Counted from the stretch's first letter, positions 10,496 through 21,231 are shown. The stretch: DNA of 64,000 nucleotides from an uncultured Planctomycetota bacterium (GCA_963719315.1 CAVRBU010000002.1:2080001-2144000); one strand, 5' to 3'. Translations and numbers: made by a program. Notes: generated by a model from the letters alone, not told the origin.

Positions 10496-11413
10496 TCACA
10501 CCTGAGTCGCCAAGAGCCACACTAGAATACCCTTTTGCACGTGCATCCGGTTCGTGGCCTGCGCGACCACCACGCTATTGGGTCCGTCGATCACTTCATC
10601 GGTGACTTCTTCGCCCCGATGAGCGGGCAGGCAGTGCAAGAAGATCGCGTCCTTCGGCGCGTCGGCCATCAGCTTCGCGTTCACTTGATAATCGGCGAAA
10701 TCGCGCTTCCGCTGTTCGCGCTCGCTCTCCTGGCCCATGCTGGCCCACACGTCGGTGTACACAGCGGCCGCTTCGCGCACGGCCGCGCGCGGATCGTGCG
10801 TCGTCGTGAGATCGAGCGCCGGTAGCGCCTGCTTTGCTTCGCGAACGAATTCGGCATCGAGTTCGTAACCGGGCGGCGTGCAGACGGTCAGCCGCACGCC
10901 GAGGTGGCCGCATCCTTCCACCAAACTGCGGGCCACGTTGTTCCCGTCGCCGACCCACGTCAAATGCAAGTCCTTAAGCGCACCGCAATTCTCTCGAAGC
11001 GTAAATAAATCGGCTAGCACCTGGCACGGATGGGCGAGATCGGTGAGGCCGTTGATCACCGCGCATGACGCGTGTTCGGCAAACTCCACGACCGTCGCAT
11101 GCCGTTTGGACCGCATTACGACGACATCCACCATTTCGCTCAACACCCGGGCGAAATCGGCCACACTCTCGCGTTTGCCGAAGCCGGTGTCGTCGCCCAG
11201 CATGATGCTGCCGCCGCCCAATTGCACGATGCCGGCTTCAAAGCTGACGCGCGTTCGCAGCGATTGCTTTTCGAACAACAGCGCCAGCACGCGCCCGGGC
11301 AGCAAGGCCTCGCGCAGGCCTTGGGAGAATTTCGTCTTCAAATCCTCGGTGATTGCAAAGATCCGCTGGATCTCGGCGTCGGAAACGTCGGCGAGTGTCA
11401 GCAAGTGCCGCAT
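10496..11413 (-). CDS. argF: Ornithine carbamoyltransferase
   Basis: FEKQSLRTR, HPCQ, GDGNNV, YTDVWASMG and FLHCLP motifs. Confidence 0.96.
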   Translation of the reverse strand: MRHLLTLADVSDAEIQRIFAITEDLKTKFSQGLREALLPGRVLALLFEKQSLRTRVSFEAGIVQLGGGSIMLGDDTGFGKRESVADFARVLSEMVDVVVMRSKRHATVVEFAEHASCAVINGLTDLAHPCQVLADLFTLRENCGALKDLHLTWVGDGNNVARSLVEGCGHLGVRLTVCTPPGYELDAEFVREAKQALPALDLTTTHDPRAAVREAAAVYTDVWASMGQESEREQRKRDFADYQVNAKLMADAPKDAIFLHCLPAHRGEEVTDEVIDGPNSVVVAQATNRMHVQKGILVWLLATQV

Positions 11414-11420
11414 GGTAATA

Positions 11421-11499
11421 GCAGAGGGCATGGAGCAGGGAGCATGGAGGTGGGTGTACGAAGTTCGGTGTCTGACTCCCCGCTCCCTGCTCCTTGCCT
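11421..11499. repeat. Heptamer-repeat hairpin (GCATGGA/GCAGGGA vs CTCCCTG)
   Basis: Fills the argD-argF spacer. Confidence 0.7.
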
Positions 11500-12698
11500 T
11501 AGTGATGGTTTCTCAACACGTCGGCCAGGATTTCGCAGCCTTCGTCGACTTGTTCGTCGGCGAGCGTCATCGCGGGCAGCAGACGGATTACAGTTTGCTG
11601 CGTGCAGTTGATGAGCAGGCCTCGATCCAAACACTTGGCGACGATCGCCGCGCCGTCGAGGGTCAGCTCCAAGCCGATCATCAGGCCGCACACCCGCAAT
11701 TCGGAGGCGATTGTCAACTCGTCCACCAACGGCGCGAGCCGCTGGCGAAAGCGCTCGCCCAACTGCACGGCCCGATCCAGCAAGCCATCTTCGTCGATGG
11801 TTTCAATCGTGGCGATGCCGGCCCGGGCGGCAATCGGGTTGCCGCCGAATGTTGCTGCGTGCATTCCGGGCCGCAGGCTGGTGGCCAGCTCGGCCGTCGT
11901 CATCAGCGCCGCCCCCGCCACCCCGCCGCACAAACTTTTGGCGAGCGTCATGATATCCGGCGTAACGCCCGTGTGCTGGTAAGCGAACCATTTACCGGTC
12001 CGGCCGCAGCCGCATTGCACTTCGTCGAAGATGAGCAGCAATTCGTGCTCATTGGCGAGTTCCCGCAGCCCCTGCAAAAACCCAGGCGGCGGGATGCGGA
12101 TGCCGCCCTCGCCCTGCACCGGCTCGATCATGATCGCGCACGTCTCGCGGTCGACAAGGTTGCGAACAGCTTCCAAGTCACCGTAAGGCGCGTAAGAAAA
12201 CCCGGCCAACAGCGGGCCGATGCCTTCATGGTACTTCGGCTGCGCTGTTGCACTTGTAGCGCCATACGTTCGCCCATGAAATCCGCCGCGAAACGTGATG
12301 ATCTTATAACGCCCATCCGTCGCGTGGAGCCGCGCCAACTTAATGGCCGCTTCATTGGCCTCCGCGCCCGAATTGCAAAAGAACGCCTTGCCGCCGAAGC
12401 TCCGCTCCGAAAGCAATTGTGCCCACCGGCCTTGGGCCTCGGTGTGCCACGTATTGGGCACGTGAATCAACTCGGCCGCTTGCCGCTGAATGGCCTCCAC
12501 GACCCGCGGCGGACAATGCCCCAGCAAGTTGCAGCCCCAACCGGGAAAGAAATCCAGATACCGCCGCCCCTGGTCATCCCACACATACGAACCCGCGCCA
12601 CGCACGAGCGACACGGGAAACCTCGTGTAATTCGGCACCACGTACCTGGCGAACAGCTCGGCCGTTTCGGGTTTCATGCTGGTTGTGGTAGTGGACAT
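11499..12698 (-). CDS. argD: Acetylornithine aminotransferase
   Basis: Class III PLP motifs [42 protein letters not shown]; arg operon context. Confidence 0.93.
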   Translation of the reverse strand: MSTTTTSMKPETAELFARYVVPNYTRFPVSLVRGAGSYVWDDQGRRYLDFFPGWGCNLLGHCPPRVVEAIQRQAAELIHVPNTWHTEAQGRWAQLLSERSFGGKAFFCNSGAEANEAAIKLARLHATDGRYKIITFRGGFHGRTYGATSATAQPKYHEGIGPLLAGFSYAPYGDLEAVRNLVDRETCAIMIEPVQGEGGIRIPPPGFLQGLRELANEHELLLIFDEVQCGCGRTGKWFAYQHTGVTPDIMTLAKSLCGGVAGAALMTTAELATSLRPGMHAATFGGNPIAARAGIATIETIDEDGLLDRAVQLGERFRQRLAPLVDELTIASELRVCGLMIGLELTLDGAAIVAKCLDRGLLINCTQQTVIRLLPAMTLADEQVDEGCEILADVLRNHH

Positions 12699-12702
12699 AT
12701 TT

Positions 12703-13593
12703 TTAGGAAGCCACGATTTCCGTCCCAATCCCTTGGTTCGTATAAATCTCCAACATCAACGAATGGCGAATCCGCCCATCGATGATGTGAATCTTCCGCA
12801 CGCCTTTTTGCAACGTCTCCAGGCAGGCTTCGACCTTGGGGATCATCCCCGCTTCGATGGCCCGTTCGGCGATCAGCCGGCTGGCGTCCTTCGCGGTGAG
12901 CGAATGAATGAGCGTGTCGGGATCATTTTTGTCCTGCCGCACGCCGTTCACGTCGCTCAAAAACACCAGCTTCTCGGCGCCTAACGCCTGGGCCACCGCG
13001 GTCGCGGCCGTGTCGGCGTTCACGTTCAGTCGCTCGCCCGTTTCCGTTTCGCACATGGATGGGATGACCGGCACTTGGCCGGCGTAGCACAGGTTTTCGA
13101 TCGTATCGCGATTGACGCGCGTAACACGGCCCACATGGCCCAAGTCGATCGGCTTCCCGTCTTCGCCCGGCAACGTGATTCGCTCGCCATACAGCGCATT
13201 GTTGTTCTTTTCGCCGGCAAAGTTCAGCGGCATCGCCCGCCCGCCAAAGTCTTCGATGCACTTGGCGATTGATTCGTTGATTTCGCCGGCCAGCACCCGT
13301 TCGACAATCTTGAGAGTCGCATCGTCGGTATAGCGCCGGCCTTGAATGAATCGCGGTTCGATCTTCGCTTTGGCCATCGCCCGCGTGATCGCCGCCCCGC
13401 CGCCGTGCACGACGATCGGCCGCATGCCGACCGTTTCCATGAACACGATATCCACGAGCAGATGCCGCAGCGCTTCGGGGTCCTCCATCACGCTGCCGCC
13501 GAGCTTGATGACTGTGATCTTGTCCCGAAACTGCCGAATCCACCCCATCGCCTCGATGAGCAAGTCCGCCTTCTCGATTGCGTCTTGGACCAC
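12703..13593 (-). CDS. argB: Acetylglutamate kinase
   Basis: [37 protein letters not shown] motifs. Confidence 0.96.
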   Translation of the reverse strand: MVQDAIEKADLLIEAMGWIRQFRDKITVIKLGGSVMEDPEALRHLLVDIVFMETVGMRPIVVHGGGAAITRAMAKAKIEPRFIQGRRYTDDATLKIVERVLAGEINESIAKCIEDFGGRAMPLNFAGEKNNNALYGERITLPGEDGKPIDLGHVGRVTRVNRDTIENLCYAGQVPVIPSMCETETGERLNVNADTAATAVAQALGAEKLVFLSDVNGVRQDKNDPDTLIHSLTAKDASRLIAERAIEAGMIPKVEACLETLQKGVRKIHIIDGRIRHSLMLEIYTNQGIGTEIVAS

Positions 13594-13747
13594 GGGCTTC
13601 TCAACTCACATCGGGGGAAATACGGACGCAGCCGGCATCGACAAGGTTCGCGGACAACGGCATTTCATAGAACAATAAGGCCAATCCCGTATTCTAAAAT
13701 CGCGTCCAGACAGGGTCAACGCAGAAAATAGAAGGTAGTCAAAACCT

Positions 13748-13804
13748 GTAGGGTGGGCGCCGCCCACCAACGATGCCGCAATCCTGTGGTGGGCAGTGCC
13801 CAAC
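13748..13804. repeat. REPIN-like doublet, family B (GTAGGGTGGGCGCCGCCCACC ... GGTGGGCAGTGCCCA), second arm truncated
   Basis: Two inverted palindromes, the first with a GTAG foot. Confidence 0.7.
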
Positions 13805-13921
13805 TTAGTTTTCGGATTAGCCGCGGGACGCTAGCCCCGCTTTTCCTGCGCAAATACCGGACGTTAGCGCGTGGCCACCGATTCAGCTAACCCTAATACT
13901 TGGCTTTGACAAAGCACCTAG
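13805..13921. mobile_element. Degenerate copy of the CTAG-ended palindromic MITE-like element
   Basis: ttagccgcgggacgctagcccc core and gctttgacaaagcacctag end resemble the element at 49562-49695. Confidence 0.6.
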
Positions 13922-13994
13922 TTAGACCGAGCGATTCGTGGGAAGATGGCGGGCACAAATCCCCATGCTTTTCAGCGCCGTTTTTCCCGCGAAC

Positions 13995-14792
13995 ATGCCC
14001 CAAACTCTGGCGATCATCCTGGCGGCCGGCAAAGGCAAGCGGATGGCTTCCGATTTGCCCAAAGTGCTGGTGCCCGTTTGCGGCCGGCCGATGATTCGAT
14101 ACGTGATCGACGCCCTCCGCACCGCCGGCATCGAGCGGATGTTGATCGTCGTCGGCTACCGCGGCGATCTCGTGCGTCGTGAGCTGGCGAGCGAACCCGG
14201 CCTCGAATTCGTCGTGCAGACGGAGCAGCTCGGAACTGGCCACGCAATGATGATGTGTCGCGATCGGCTGGAAGTTCAAGAAGGTCCGGTGCTGATCCTG
14301 GCGGGCGACTCGCCGATGGTCCAGGCGACGTCGCTCGAGGCGCTATTGACCGAATTTGCCGCCCGCCGGCCCGCGTGCCTGCTGGGGACGGCCCGGAAAC
14401 CCGACCCGACGGGGTTGGGTCGCGTCGTCCGCAACCAGCAGGGCGGTTTTCAAGCGATCGTCGAAGAACGAGACGCCACGCCGGCCGAGCGGGAAATTAC
14501 GGAAGTCAATCTCAGCACCTACGTTTTTTGCCCGCAGGCCCTGCTGTCGTCCCTTCAGCAGTTGACGGCCAACAATGTTCAAGGCGAGTATTACCTGACC
14601 GACTGTCCCGGTGTCCTGAAAGCGGCGGGCGAGCGCGTCGAGGCCCTCTGTGTGCTGAAATCGTGTGAAGCCCTCAGTATCAACACTCCCGAGGAGTTGA
14701 AGGTGGTCGAAAACGAAATGGAGAAATTGCGGATTGCGAAGGCACCCGGCGAAAATCCGCAATCCGCATTCCGCAATCTGAAATCGCAATGA
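13995..14792 (+). CDS. GlmU-like uridyltransferase domain only (no acetyltransferase domain)
   Basis: ILAAGKGKRM..DLPKVL, QLGTGHA, GDSP, IVEERDA, NNVQGEYYLTD; directly upstream of prs; no hexapeptide repeats. Confidence 0.85.
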   Translation: MPQTLAIILAAGKGKRMASDLPKVLVPVCGRPMIRYVIDALRTAGIERMLIVVGYRGDLVRRELASEPGLEFVVQTEQLGTGHAMMMCRDRLEVQEGPVLILAGDSPMVQATSLEALLTEFAARRPACLLGTARKPDPTGLGRVVRNQQGGFQAIVEERDATPAEREITEVNLSTYVFCPQALLSSLQQLTANNVQGEYYLTDCPGVLKAAGERVEALCVLKSCEALSINTPEELKVVENEMEKLRIAKAPGENPQSAFRNLKSQ

Positions 14793-15734
14793 ACGACCTC
14801 AAAATATTCAGCGGCACCGCCAACCAGGCGCTCGCCAAACGAATCACCGATTACCTCGGTGTGCCGCTCGGCGACGTCGGCTTGGGAAGATTCCCGGACG
14901 GCGAAATCTCCTGCAAGATCAACGAGGACGTGCGCGGTCGCGACGTGTTCCTCATTCAGCCGACCTGCCCGCCGGTGAATGAAAACATCATGCAGTTGCT
15001 GATCATGATCGACAGCTGCGCTGCGGGCCAGCGCCGAGCGGATCACGGCCGTCATTCCCTACTTCGGCTATGCCCGGCAGGATCGCAAGGATGAGGGCCG
15101 GGTGCCCATCACCGCCAAGCTCGTCGCCAATCTGATCACGCGGGCCGGCGCCAATCGCGTGCTGACCATGGACCTGCACGCCGCTCAAATCCAAGGCTTC
15201 TTCGATGTGCCGGTCGATCACTTGTACGCGGCGCCGGTACTCAACGATCATTTCCTCCATTCGGGCATCGACCTGTCGAACACCGTCATCGTCAGTCCCG
15301 ATGAAGGCAGCATCAAACGCGCGCTGGGCCACGCCAAACGCATCGGCGGCACGGTGGCGATCATCGACAAGCGCCGCATGAGCGCCGACACGACCGTGCA
15401 AGCCCACATCCTGGGCGGCGAGGTCGCAGGCAAGGTCGCACTCATGTTCGACGACATGATCAGCACGGCCGGCTCGATCACCGGCGCGGCCAAAACCCTG
15501 CACGAACACGGCGTCAAAGAAATTCACGTCGCTGCGACGCACGCCGTGCTCTGCGGCCCGGCTGTCGACCGGCTCAAAGCGGCCAAGCTCGATAGCCTGG
15601 TCGTCACCGACTCGATTCCACTTCGCGAAGACCAAATCCTGCCGCAAACGCAGGTCCTCACCGTCGCGCCGCTCTTGGGCGAGGCGATCAAGCGTATCCA
15701 CCGCAACGAGTCGGTGAGCCGGCTGTTTCGATAG
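14789..15734 (+). CDS. prs: Ribose-phosphate pyrophosphokinase (frameshift near 15020, probably a sequencing error)
   Basis: FPDGEI, VRGRDVF; the shifted frame continues RASAERITAVIPYFGYARQDRK, MDLHAAQIQGFF, DDMISTAGS. Confidence 0.93.
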
Positions 15735-15911
15735 GCCGCGACCTTGAGCGTTCGCCCTACGACGAATTGGTCGACCTCCCGGACGCTGCCCGATGTGCGG
15801 GTGGGTGGTGAGCCAAGGAGAACGGGTCCTCCGCACAGTAACGCCGATGGTGCCGGAACTGGCAAAATCCCCTCGTACTTACGGAATTACCTGTCTTCAG
15901 GTGGTGTCCTA

Positions 15912-17089
15912 TACCCTGCGTGGGGATAAATGATCTGTTCCCGAGTAGCTGATTTGTTGTACAAGGCCCTTATGTCGCCATCGAGGAGGATGGCGTGTTG
16001 CTGGCAAGGAGGGCTGTCATGGCTTGGTTTCGAGTCCGATTGACGGAAGAGGAACAGCGAATTGTCGCGGCCGAGCGGGAGTCTCATCCGGAGTCGCATG
16101 TCCGCCGCAAGATGCTGGTGTTGTGGTCGCTGCAGTGTGGTTTGAAGCGATCCCAGGCGGCGAAATTGGCGGGGGTCGGAGTGGCGACCGTCGGGCGGTA
16201 CGTTGCGGCCTATCGTGATGGCGGGTTGGAGGGTCTGCGGCGGTGGAATGTGCAAGGGCCCGTGAGCGACTTGGCCGCCTATCGCGACGTGATCCGCGCG
16301 TTGTTCGAGAACCAGCCGGTCCGCACGACCGCGGAAGCCTGCAAACGCATTTACCAACTGACCGGCCTGCGGCGGGGACTGTCGCAAACTCGCAAGTTCC
16401 TGAAAGACATGGGACTCAAGTGGCAGCGGGTCCGGGCGCTCCCCGTGCCGCCCAAAAAAACTTGGCCCAGCATGTCGCCGAGCAGGCCCTGTTTCACGAC
16501 GTCGAACTGAAGCCCCGCCTCGACGCCGCCGCCCGAGGGCGGGGACACGTCTTCTTCGTCGATGCGGCCCACTTTGTGTACGGGACGTTCCTGTGCTGCT
16601 TGTGGTCGTTCACGCGAATCTTCGTGCGGGCCGCCTCGGGCCGCCAGCGGTTCAATGTCCTGGGAGCCTGGAACGCCGTGACCCGCGAACTGGTAAGCGT
16701 GACCAACACCACGGTCGTCAACACGGAAACGATGTGCGAGCTGTTGCGGAAGATCGCTGCCCTCGGTCTGGCCGGACCGATCACGTTGGTGCTGGACAAC
16801 GCTCGCTACCAACGTAACGCCGCGGTGCAAGCGTTGGCGACGCAACTGGAAATCACGCTGCTGTTCCTGCCCTCCTACTCGCCGAACCTGAACCTCATCG
16901 AACGGCTTTGGAAGTTCATCAAGCGGCGGGCCATCTATGGGCGTTACCATCCCGGATTTCAAGAGTTTCAAGCCGCCATCCAAGAAACAATCGCCGACCT
17001 CGCAACCCGCCACGCCGAACCCCTCAAATCCCTCATGACGCTCAACTTTCAGCGATTCGAAGATGTCTCATTGCTGGCCGCGTAGGGTA
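15912..17089 (+). mobile_element. IS630-family insertion sequence
   Basis: Imperfect terminal IRs TACCCTGCGTGG..AATGA / TACCCTACGCGG..AATGA, TA duplication at 15910-11 and 17090-91, HTH and DDE ORFs. Confidence 0.92.
16019..17085 (+). CDS. IS630 transposase (HTH orfA + DDE orfB, -1 frameshift at CCC-AAAAAAA-C, 16451-16461)
   Basis: AAGGAGG RBS; FFVDAAHF, LVLDNARYQ, LPSYSPNLNLIERLW motifs. Confidence 0.92.
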
Positions 17090-17338
17090 TAGAATCGCAT
17101 CGCCGGGGCGAACGCTGTGCCGTTCGCCGTCGAGTTCCATCGTGCCCTCGCCTTCCAGGATGTAATAGATTTCTGTGAGCCGCTTGTGGTAGTGCGTCCG
17201 GGCGTCAATCGAAATATCGACAATGTGCAACGACGCCACACCCTCCGCATCGTCCACAAACGCCCGCCGCGTTTCGCCGCACGGGCATTGGACGGCTGGC
17301 AACTCGGACGGACGGGCGATTTGAAAGAGCTTGGCCAC
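17090..17338 (-). pseudogene. Cupin-domain protein truncated by IS630
   Basis: CPCG, THYHKRLTEIYYILEGEG, VRPGDAIL; frame runs into the IS at the TA target. Confidence 0.8.
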
Positions 17339-17357
17339 GTAAGACTCAAGGTCACTC

Positions 17358-17900
17358 TTACATTCCACGTTTCTTTTGCCGAAATACCTCAATCACGTAA
17401 TACGGCCCAGGTTCGCAACCGTGTCCCTCACATCCTCGGGCGAATTCAAAAGCGGATTCCAGTGTCTCGAGTAGACAGTGCTGATTGGTTTGAACTTCCG
17501 ACGCCATGCCGTTGCACGACAGCGGCGAACACTCAAAGTCATTGCCCGTACTTGAACTTACGACATCAAACCCTAACTTCTCGAACTTTTCATCGAGCGG
17601 TATTACGTCCAGTTTCGGCAGTTCAAGCGGCGACGGAATACCTTCTCGAAACTCAACCGCAAACTGCCGGTACGCGTACAAATCAAAATCCTCGCGGTTA
17701 TCCTCACTTACGACGCTCCACGCCAATTCAGGAGTGTCAAACGTCCAGCGGTCATTGTGACGCCACGCATCGATCCAATTGTCGGGTGCTGCGGACATAC
17801 AGTTTGAAACGCTGCAAATCTCTTGTACGTTTGGCGCACGGAGCCACTCCGGCCTTTTCATCGTTCGTTTTGGAAAATAGCCAATCAGCGTGCTTTCCAT
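17358..17900 (-). CDS. Hypothetical protein (Cys-containing: FECSPLSCN, GCEPGPYY)
   Basis: Clean 180-aa ORF co-oriented between oxidoreductase and cupin; looks lower in GC than its neighbours. Confidence 0.7.
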   Translation of the reverse strand: MESTLIGYFPKRTMKRPEWLRAPNVQEICSVSNCMSAAPDNWIDAWRHNDRWTFDTPELAWSVVSEDNREDFDLYAYRQFAVEFREGIPSPLELPKLDVIPLDEKFEKLGFDVVSSSTGNDFECSPLSCNGMASEVQTNQHCLLETLESAFEFARGCEGHGCEPGPYYVIEVFRQKKRGM

Positions 17901-17926
17901 GCTTGTACCGTTTCACCCGCGCGCGC

Positions 17927-19090
17927 TCACTCAACCTTCTCCACCTTCGCCCATTTCCCTTCATCAATCGACTTCTCCACCGCATCCAGCACCGCTACGC
18001 ACTGTGCCCCGTCGCGGAAGTCGGCCATGATCGTCGGCTTTTTGTTGATCGCACCCATCAGTTCGTACACCGCGTGCACGAACGTGTGCTCGTAGCCGAG
18101 CACGTGCCCCGGCGGCCACCAGTTGCCGGCGTACGGATGCACGCCCTCTGTCGCCATGATTTGCCGAAAGCCCTGCCGGCCGGCGGGGTCTGCACAGTTG
18201 TAAAACTGCAACACGTTCATCTCTTCGAAGTTGAACACGAGCGAACCCTTGCTGCCGTTGATCTCGATGCGGTTGTAATTCTTCCGGCCGGGCGCTAGCC
18301 GCGTGGCTTCGAATGAGCCGAGCGCGCCGCTGTTGAATTTGGCCAGGAACAGCGTCGCATCATCGACCGTCACCTTCTCGGTGCCCTCGCCAGCCGTGGC
18401 GGTGAGACCGGCCGACCGCCCTTCGGCCGGGCGCTCGGTGATGAATGTCTTCTTCATACCAACGACCTCCGCGATGTCACCGGCCAGGAAACGGGCCATA
18501 TCGACGTGATGCGCGTTAAGGTCGCCGTTCGCGCCGGAGCCGGCCGCCTCCTTCCGCAACCGCCAGTTCATCGGGAACTTCGGATCGTTGAGCCAGTCCT
18601 GTAGATACGTCGCGCGAAAGTGGCGAATTTCGCCGATCTCGCCGGCCGCGATCATCTGCTTCGCCAGCGCCAGCGCCGGCACCACGCGGTAATTGAAGTT
18701 CACCATGTGCACCACCTTGGCCTTGCGGGCCGCATCGAGCATTTCCCGCGCGTCTTTGAGATTGAACGCCAGCGGCTTCTCGCAGAACACATGCTTGCCG
18801 GCCTTCGCCGCGGCCACCGCCATCTCGTGGTGCAGCCCGCCGGGCGTCGCGATATCGACCACATCGATATCCTTCCGTTCACACACCTTGTGCCAATCGC
18901 TTTCGTGGCTCTCCCAGCCGAACCGCTTGGCGAACTCGGCCGTCTCATCCGCATGCCGGCCACAAATCGCCTTCATCACCGGCTGCGGCTCGACATCGAA
19001 AAACTTGACCACCGTCATATAGGCGTTCGAGTGCGCCTTACCCATGAACTTCGTGCCGATGAGCGCTACGTTAACCGTCTTCGCCGCCAT
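17927..19090 (-). CDS. Gfo/Idh/MocA-family oxidoreductase
   Basis: IGTKFMGKAH, AGKHVFCEKPLA, GANGDLNAHHVD. Confidence 0.93.
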   Translation of the reverse strand: MAAKTVNVALIGTKFMGKAHSNAYMTVVKFFDVEPQPVMKAICGRHADETAEFAKRFGWESHESDWHKVCERKDIDVVDIATPGGLHHEMAVAAAKAGKHVFCEKPLAFNLKDAREMLDAARKAKVVHMVNFNYRVVPALALAKQMIAAGEIGEIRHFRATYLQDWLNDPKFPMNWRLRKEAAGSGANGDLNAHHVDMARFLAGDIAEVVGMKKTFITERPAEGRSAGLTATAGEGTEKVTVDDATLFLAKFNSGALGSFEATRLAPGRKNYNRIEINGSKGSLVFNFEEMNVLQFYNCADPAGRQGFRQIMATEGVHPYAGNWWPPGHVLGYEHTFVHAVYELMGAINKKPTIMADFRDGAQCVAVLDAVEKSIDEGKWAKVEKVE

Positions 19091-19148
19091 GATCTTTCCT
19101 TTCACTTGGTACGCAAATGATGCCGCCCGTACAGCGTACCGCCAGTTT

Positions 19149-19223
19149 GTAGGGTGTGTCGAGTCCGCGAGACACACCTCGGTTTTCACGGTTGATGCGT
19201 CTCACAAACTCGACCCACCCTAC
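19149..19223. repeat. REPIN-like doublet, family C (GTAGGGTGTGTCGAG ... CTCGACCCACCCTAC)
   Basis: Inverted ends with GTAG/CTAC feet. Confidence 0.75.
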
Positions 19224-19363
19224 GTTGCTCCGAGTGGGTGCCATGCACTCGCGGGCCGCTGTGTGAGCATGCCAACGCCTCTGCGCTTCAAAGCATGCCA
19301 TCCACTCCCAAGCCACCGCTAGCTAGGAATTCGACGGGTGAGTCGATATACTCCACAGCGTCT

Positions 19364-20545
19364 ATGGCAAACACGTCCTCACCTTCATCGTCGGAATCGG
19401 CGGCCGCGAAAGCGGGCAGCGGCCGGCTCCTATCGCTCGATGTCTTTCGCGGCCTCACGATCCTGGCGATGATCTTGGTCAACAATCCGGGCGGCGAGCC
19501 TACCTATTGGCCACTGGACCACGCCAAGTGGCACGGTTGGACACCGACCGACCTGATCTTCCCGTTCTTCCTGTTCATCGTCGGCACGTCCCTCTCCTAT
19601 TCGCTCCGCAAGTATCGCCATGGCGCCGAGATTCAACCAGCCGTGTATTGGCGGATCGTGCGTCGCACCACCCTACTGATTTTTCTCGGTTGGATGCCGA
19701 GCTTGCTACTTAAAACGATCCATGCTTTCCACGGAGCGGCGTTCGACCTGGGCGACCTGCGGATCTTCGGCGTGCTGGTTCGCATCGCCCTCGTCTATTT
19801 CTTCACGTCGCTGATCGTGCTCCATGTTTCGCTCCGCGCACAGGTTGCGCTAGGCGTTGCGATTTTGGCCGGCTACTGCGCCGCCTTGACCTGTCTGCCC
19901 GATCCGCACAATTCCACACTCAACCTCACGCGCGAAGGCAACGTCGTGGGCGCGATCGACCGCGCGCTCATCGGCCCCCAGCACATGTGGTCGGGCGACC
20001 GAGTCACCGAACCCGAAGGTTTGCTCAGCACGTTGCCCGCGATCGTCACCGCGCTCATGGGCTATTGGACGGGCCTCTTCATTCAACGCCGCGGTGTAAA
20101 CTACCACACGGTGGCGATACTCGCCGCTTGCGGCTTGGCGTGCGCCGCCCTCGGCCAAGGCTGGGACCATTTCTTTCACTTTCCGATCAACAAGAAGCTT
20201 TGGACCAGCAGCTTTGTCCTCCTCACCGGCGGCCTCGCAATGGTCGTACTCTCCGGCTGCCTCATGAAGTTCGACATCTGGGGCTGGCGGCGACTCGCCC
20301 GCCTATTCGAAGTCGTCGGCATCAACGCGATTTTCGTATTCGTCGGCTCGGGGTTGCTGGCCATTTTGCTCCGCGATATGCGCATCGGCACACTCTCCGG
20401 ACACGGATGGCTATACAGTCATCTGTTCACTTCCTGGATCCACAACCCCCAGCTCGCGTCGCTCGGATACGCGCTCATGGTGGTAATATTTTGGTGGTTC
20501 GTGTGTTGGGTGATGTCGCGTCTCGGTTGGTCGATTCGCGTATAG
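19364..20545 (+). CDS. HGSNAT/DUF5009 (NagX-like) membrane acyltransferase-family protein
   Basis: RLLSLDVFRGLT, MILVNNPG, HAKWHGWTPTDLIFPFFLFIVG, EPEGLLST, PINKKLWTSSF. Confidence 0.88.
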   Translation: MANTSSPSSSESAAAKAGSGRLLSLDVFRGLTILAMILVNNPGGEPTYWPLDHAKWHGWTPTDLIFPFFLFIVGTSLSYSLRKYRHGAEIQPAVYWRIVRRTTLLIFLGWMPSLLLKTIHAFHGAAFDLGDLRIFGVLVRIALVYFFTSLIVLHVSLRAQVALGVAILAGYCAALTCLPDPHNSTLNLTREGNVVGAIDRALIGPQHMWSGDRVTEPEGLLSTLPAIVTALMGYWTGLFIQRRGVNYHTVAILAACGLACAALGQGWDHFFHFPINKKLWTSSFVLLTGGLAMVVLSGCLMKFDIWGWRRLARLFEVVGINAIFVFVGSGLLAILLRDMRIGTLSGHGWLYSHLFTSWIHNPQLASLGYALMVVIFWWFVCWVMSRLGWSIRV

Positions 20546-20602
20546 TAAGTCAGGCTTCAGCCTGACAAGCGGTAACGCCTGAGTCAGCTCAAGCCCGACG
20601 TA
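20545..20602. repeat. REPIN-like doublet, family D (GTAAGTCAGGCTTCAGCCTGAC...)
   Basis: Related palindromes at 24721-24746 and 41699-41769. Confidence 0.65.
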
Positions 20603-21231
20603 TGAAAATGCTCACTAAGCGACTTGCCGAAGTTGAATTCGAGCCGCCCCAGATCGCGATTCCGCCGCTCGTCGCAGCGCTCCTGGCCGATGCCCAACAG
20701 CGGATCGAAGCGCTCGACGACACGACACGCATCGAAATTCCCGCGTTCGTCCCCAGCAACTTTGAATTAGCCTATCGGGCGCTCGCGGAAATCGAAGCCG
20801 CCAACCTGGCCCCCGGCCGACGGTTCATCGAATGGGGCAGCGGTATCGGTGTAGTCACTTGCTTGGCATCGTGCGTGGGCTTCGATGCAGTCGGCATCGA
20901 AATCGAGCCTAAATTGGTTGAGATTGCCAACCGTATCGCGAGTGACCATCATATCGCCGCTCAATATGCGTGTGGCAGCTTCATTCCCGATGGCGTTGTG
21001 CCGCACGTCGATTGGGCCGACTGCGTCGCCTGGCTCACCACCACGGGCGACGACGGCCACGAAGAACTCGAACTCGACCCCGACGACTTCGATGTCGTTT
21101 TCGCCTACCCCTGGCCCGGCGAAGAGCAAGTCATCTTCGACCTCTTCGCCGACACGGCGGCAGTCGGGGCGCTATTGCTTACTTACCACGGGTTGGACGG
21201 CGTGAAATTGCAACGCAAGGTCAAAAGATAG
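20602..21231 (+). CDS. Class I SAM-dependent methyltransferase
   Basis: FIEWGSGIG motif I, GIEIE, FDVVFAYPWP. Confidence 0.75.
   Translation: MKMLTKRLAEVEFEPPQIAIPPLVAALLADAQQRIEALDDTTRIEIPAFVPSNFELAYRALAEIEAANLAPGRRFIEWGSGIGVVTCLASCVGFDAVGIEIEPKLVEIANRIASDHHIAAQYACGSFIPDGVVPHVDWADCVAWLTTTGDDGHEELELDPDDFDVVFAYPWPGEEQVIFDLFADTAAVGALLLTYHGLDGVKLQRKVKR

Noticed and set aside
10878..12785. 635-aa + strand ORF, and similar long ORFs at 28016-29668, 4605-5780, 26376-27626 and 17117-18298
   Set aside because: Antisense shadows of well-supported genes in GC-rich DNA, with no recognisable motifs
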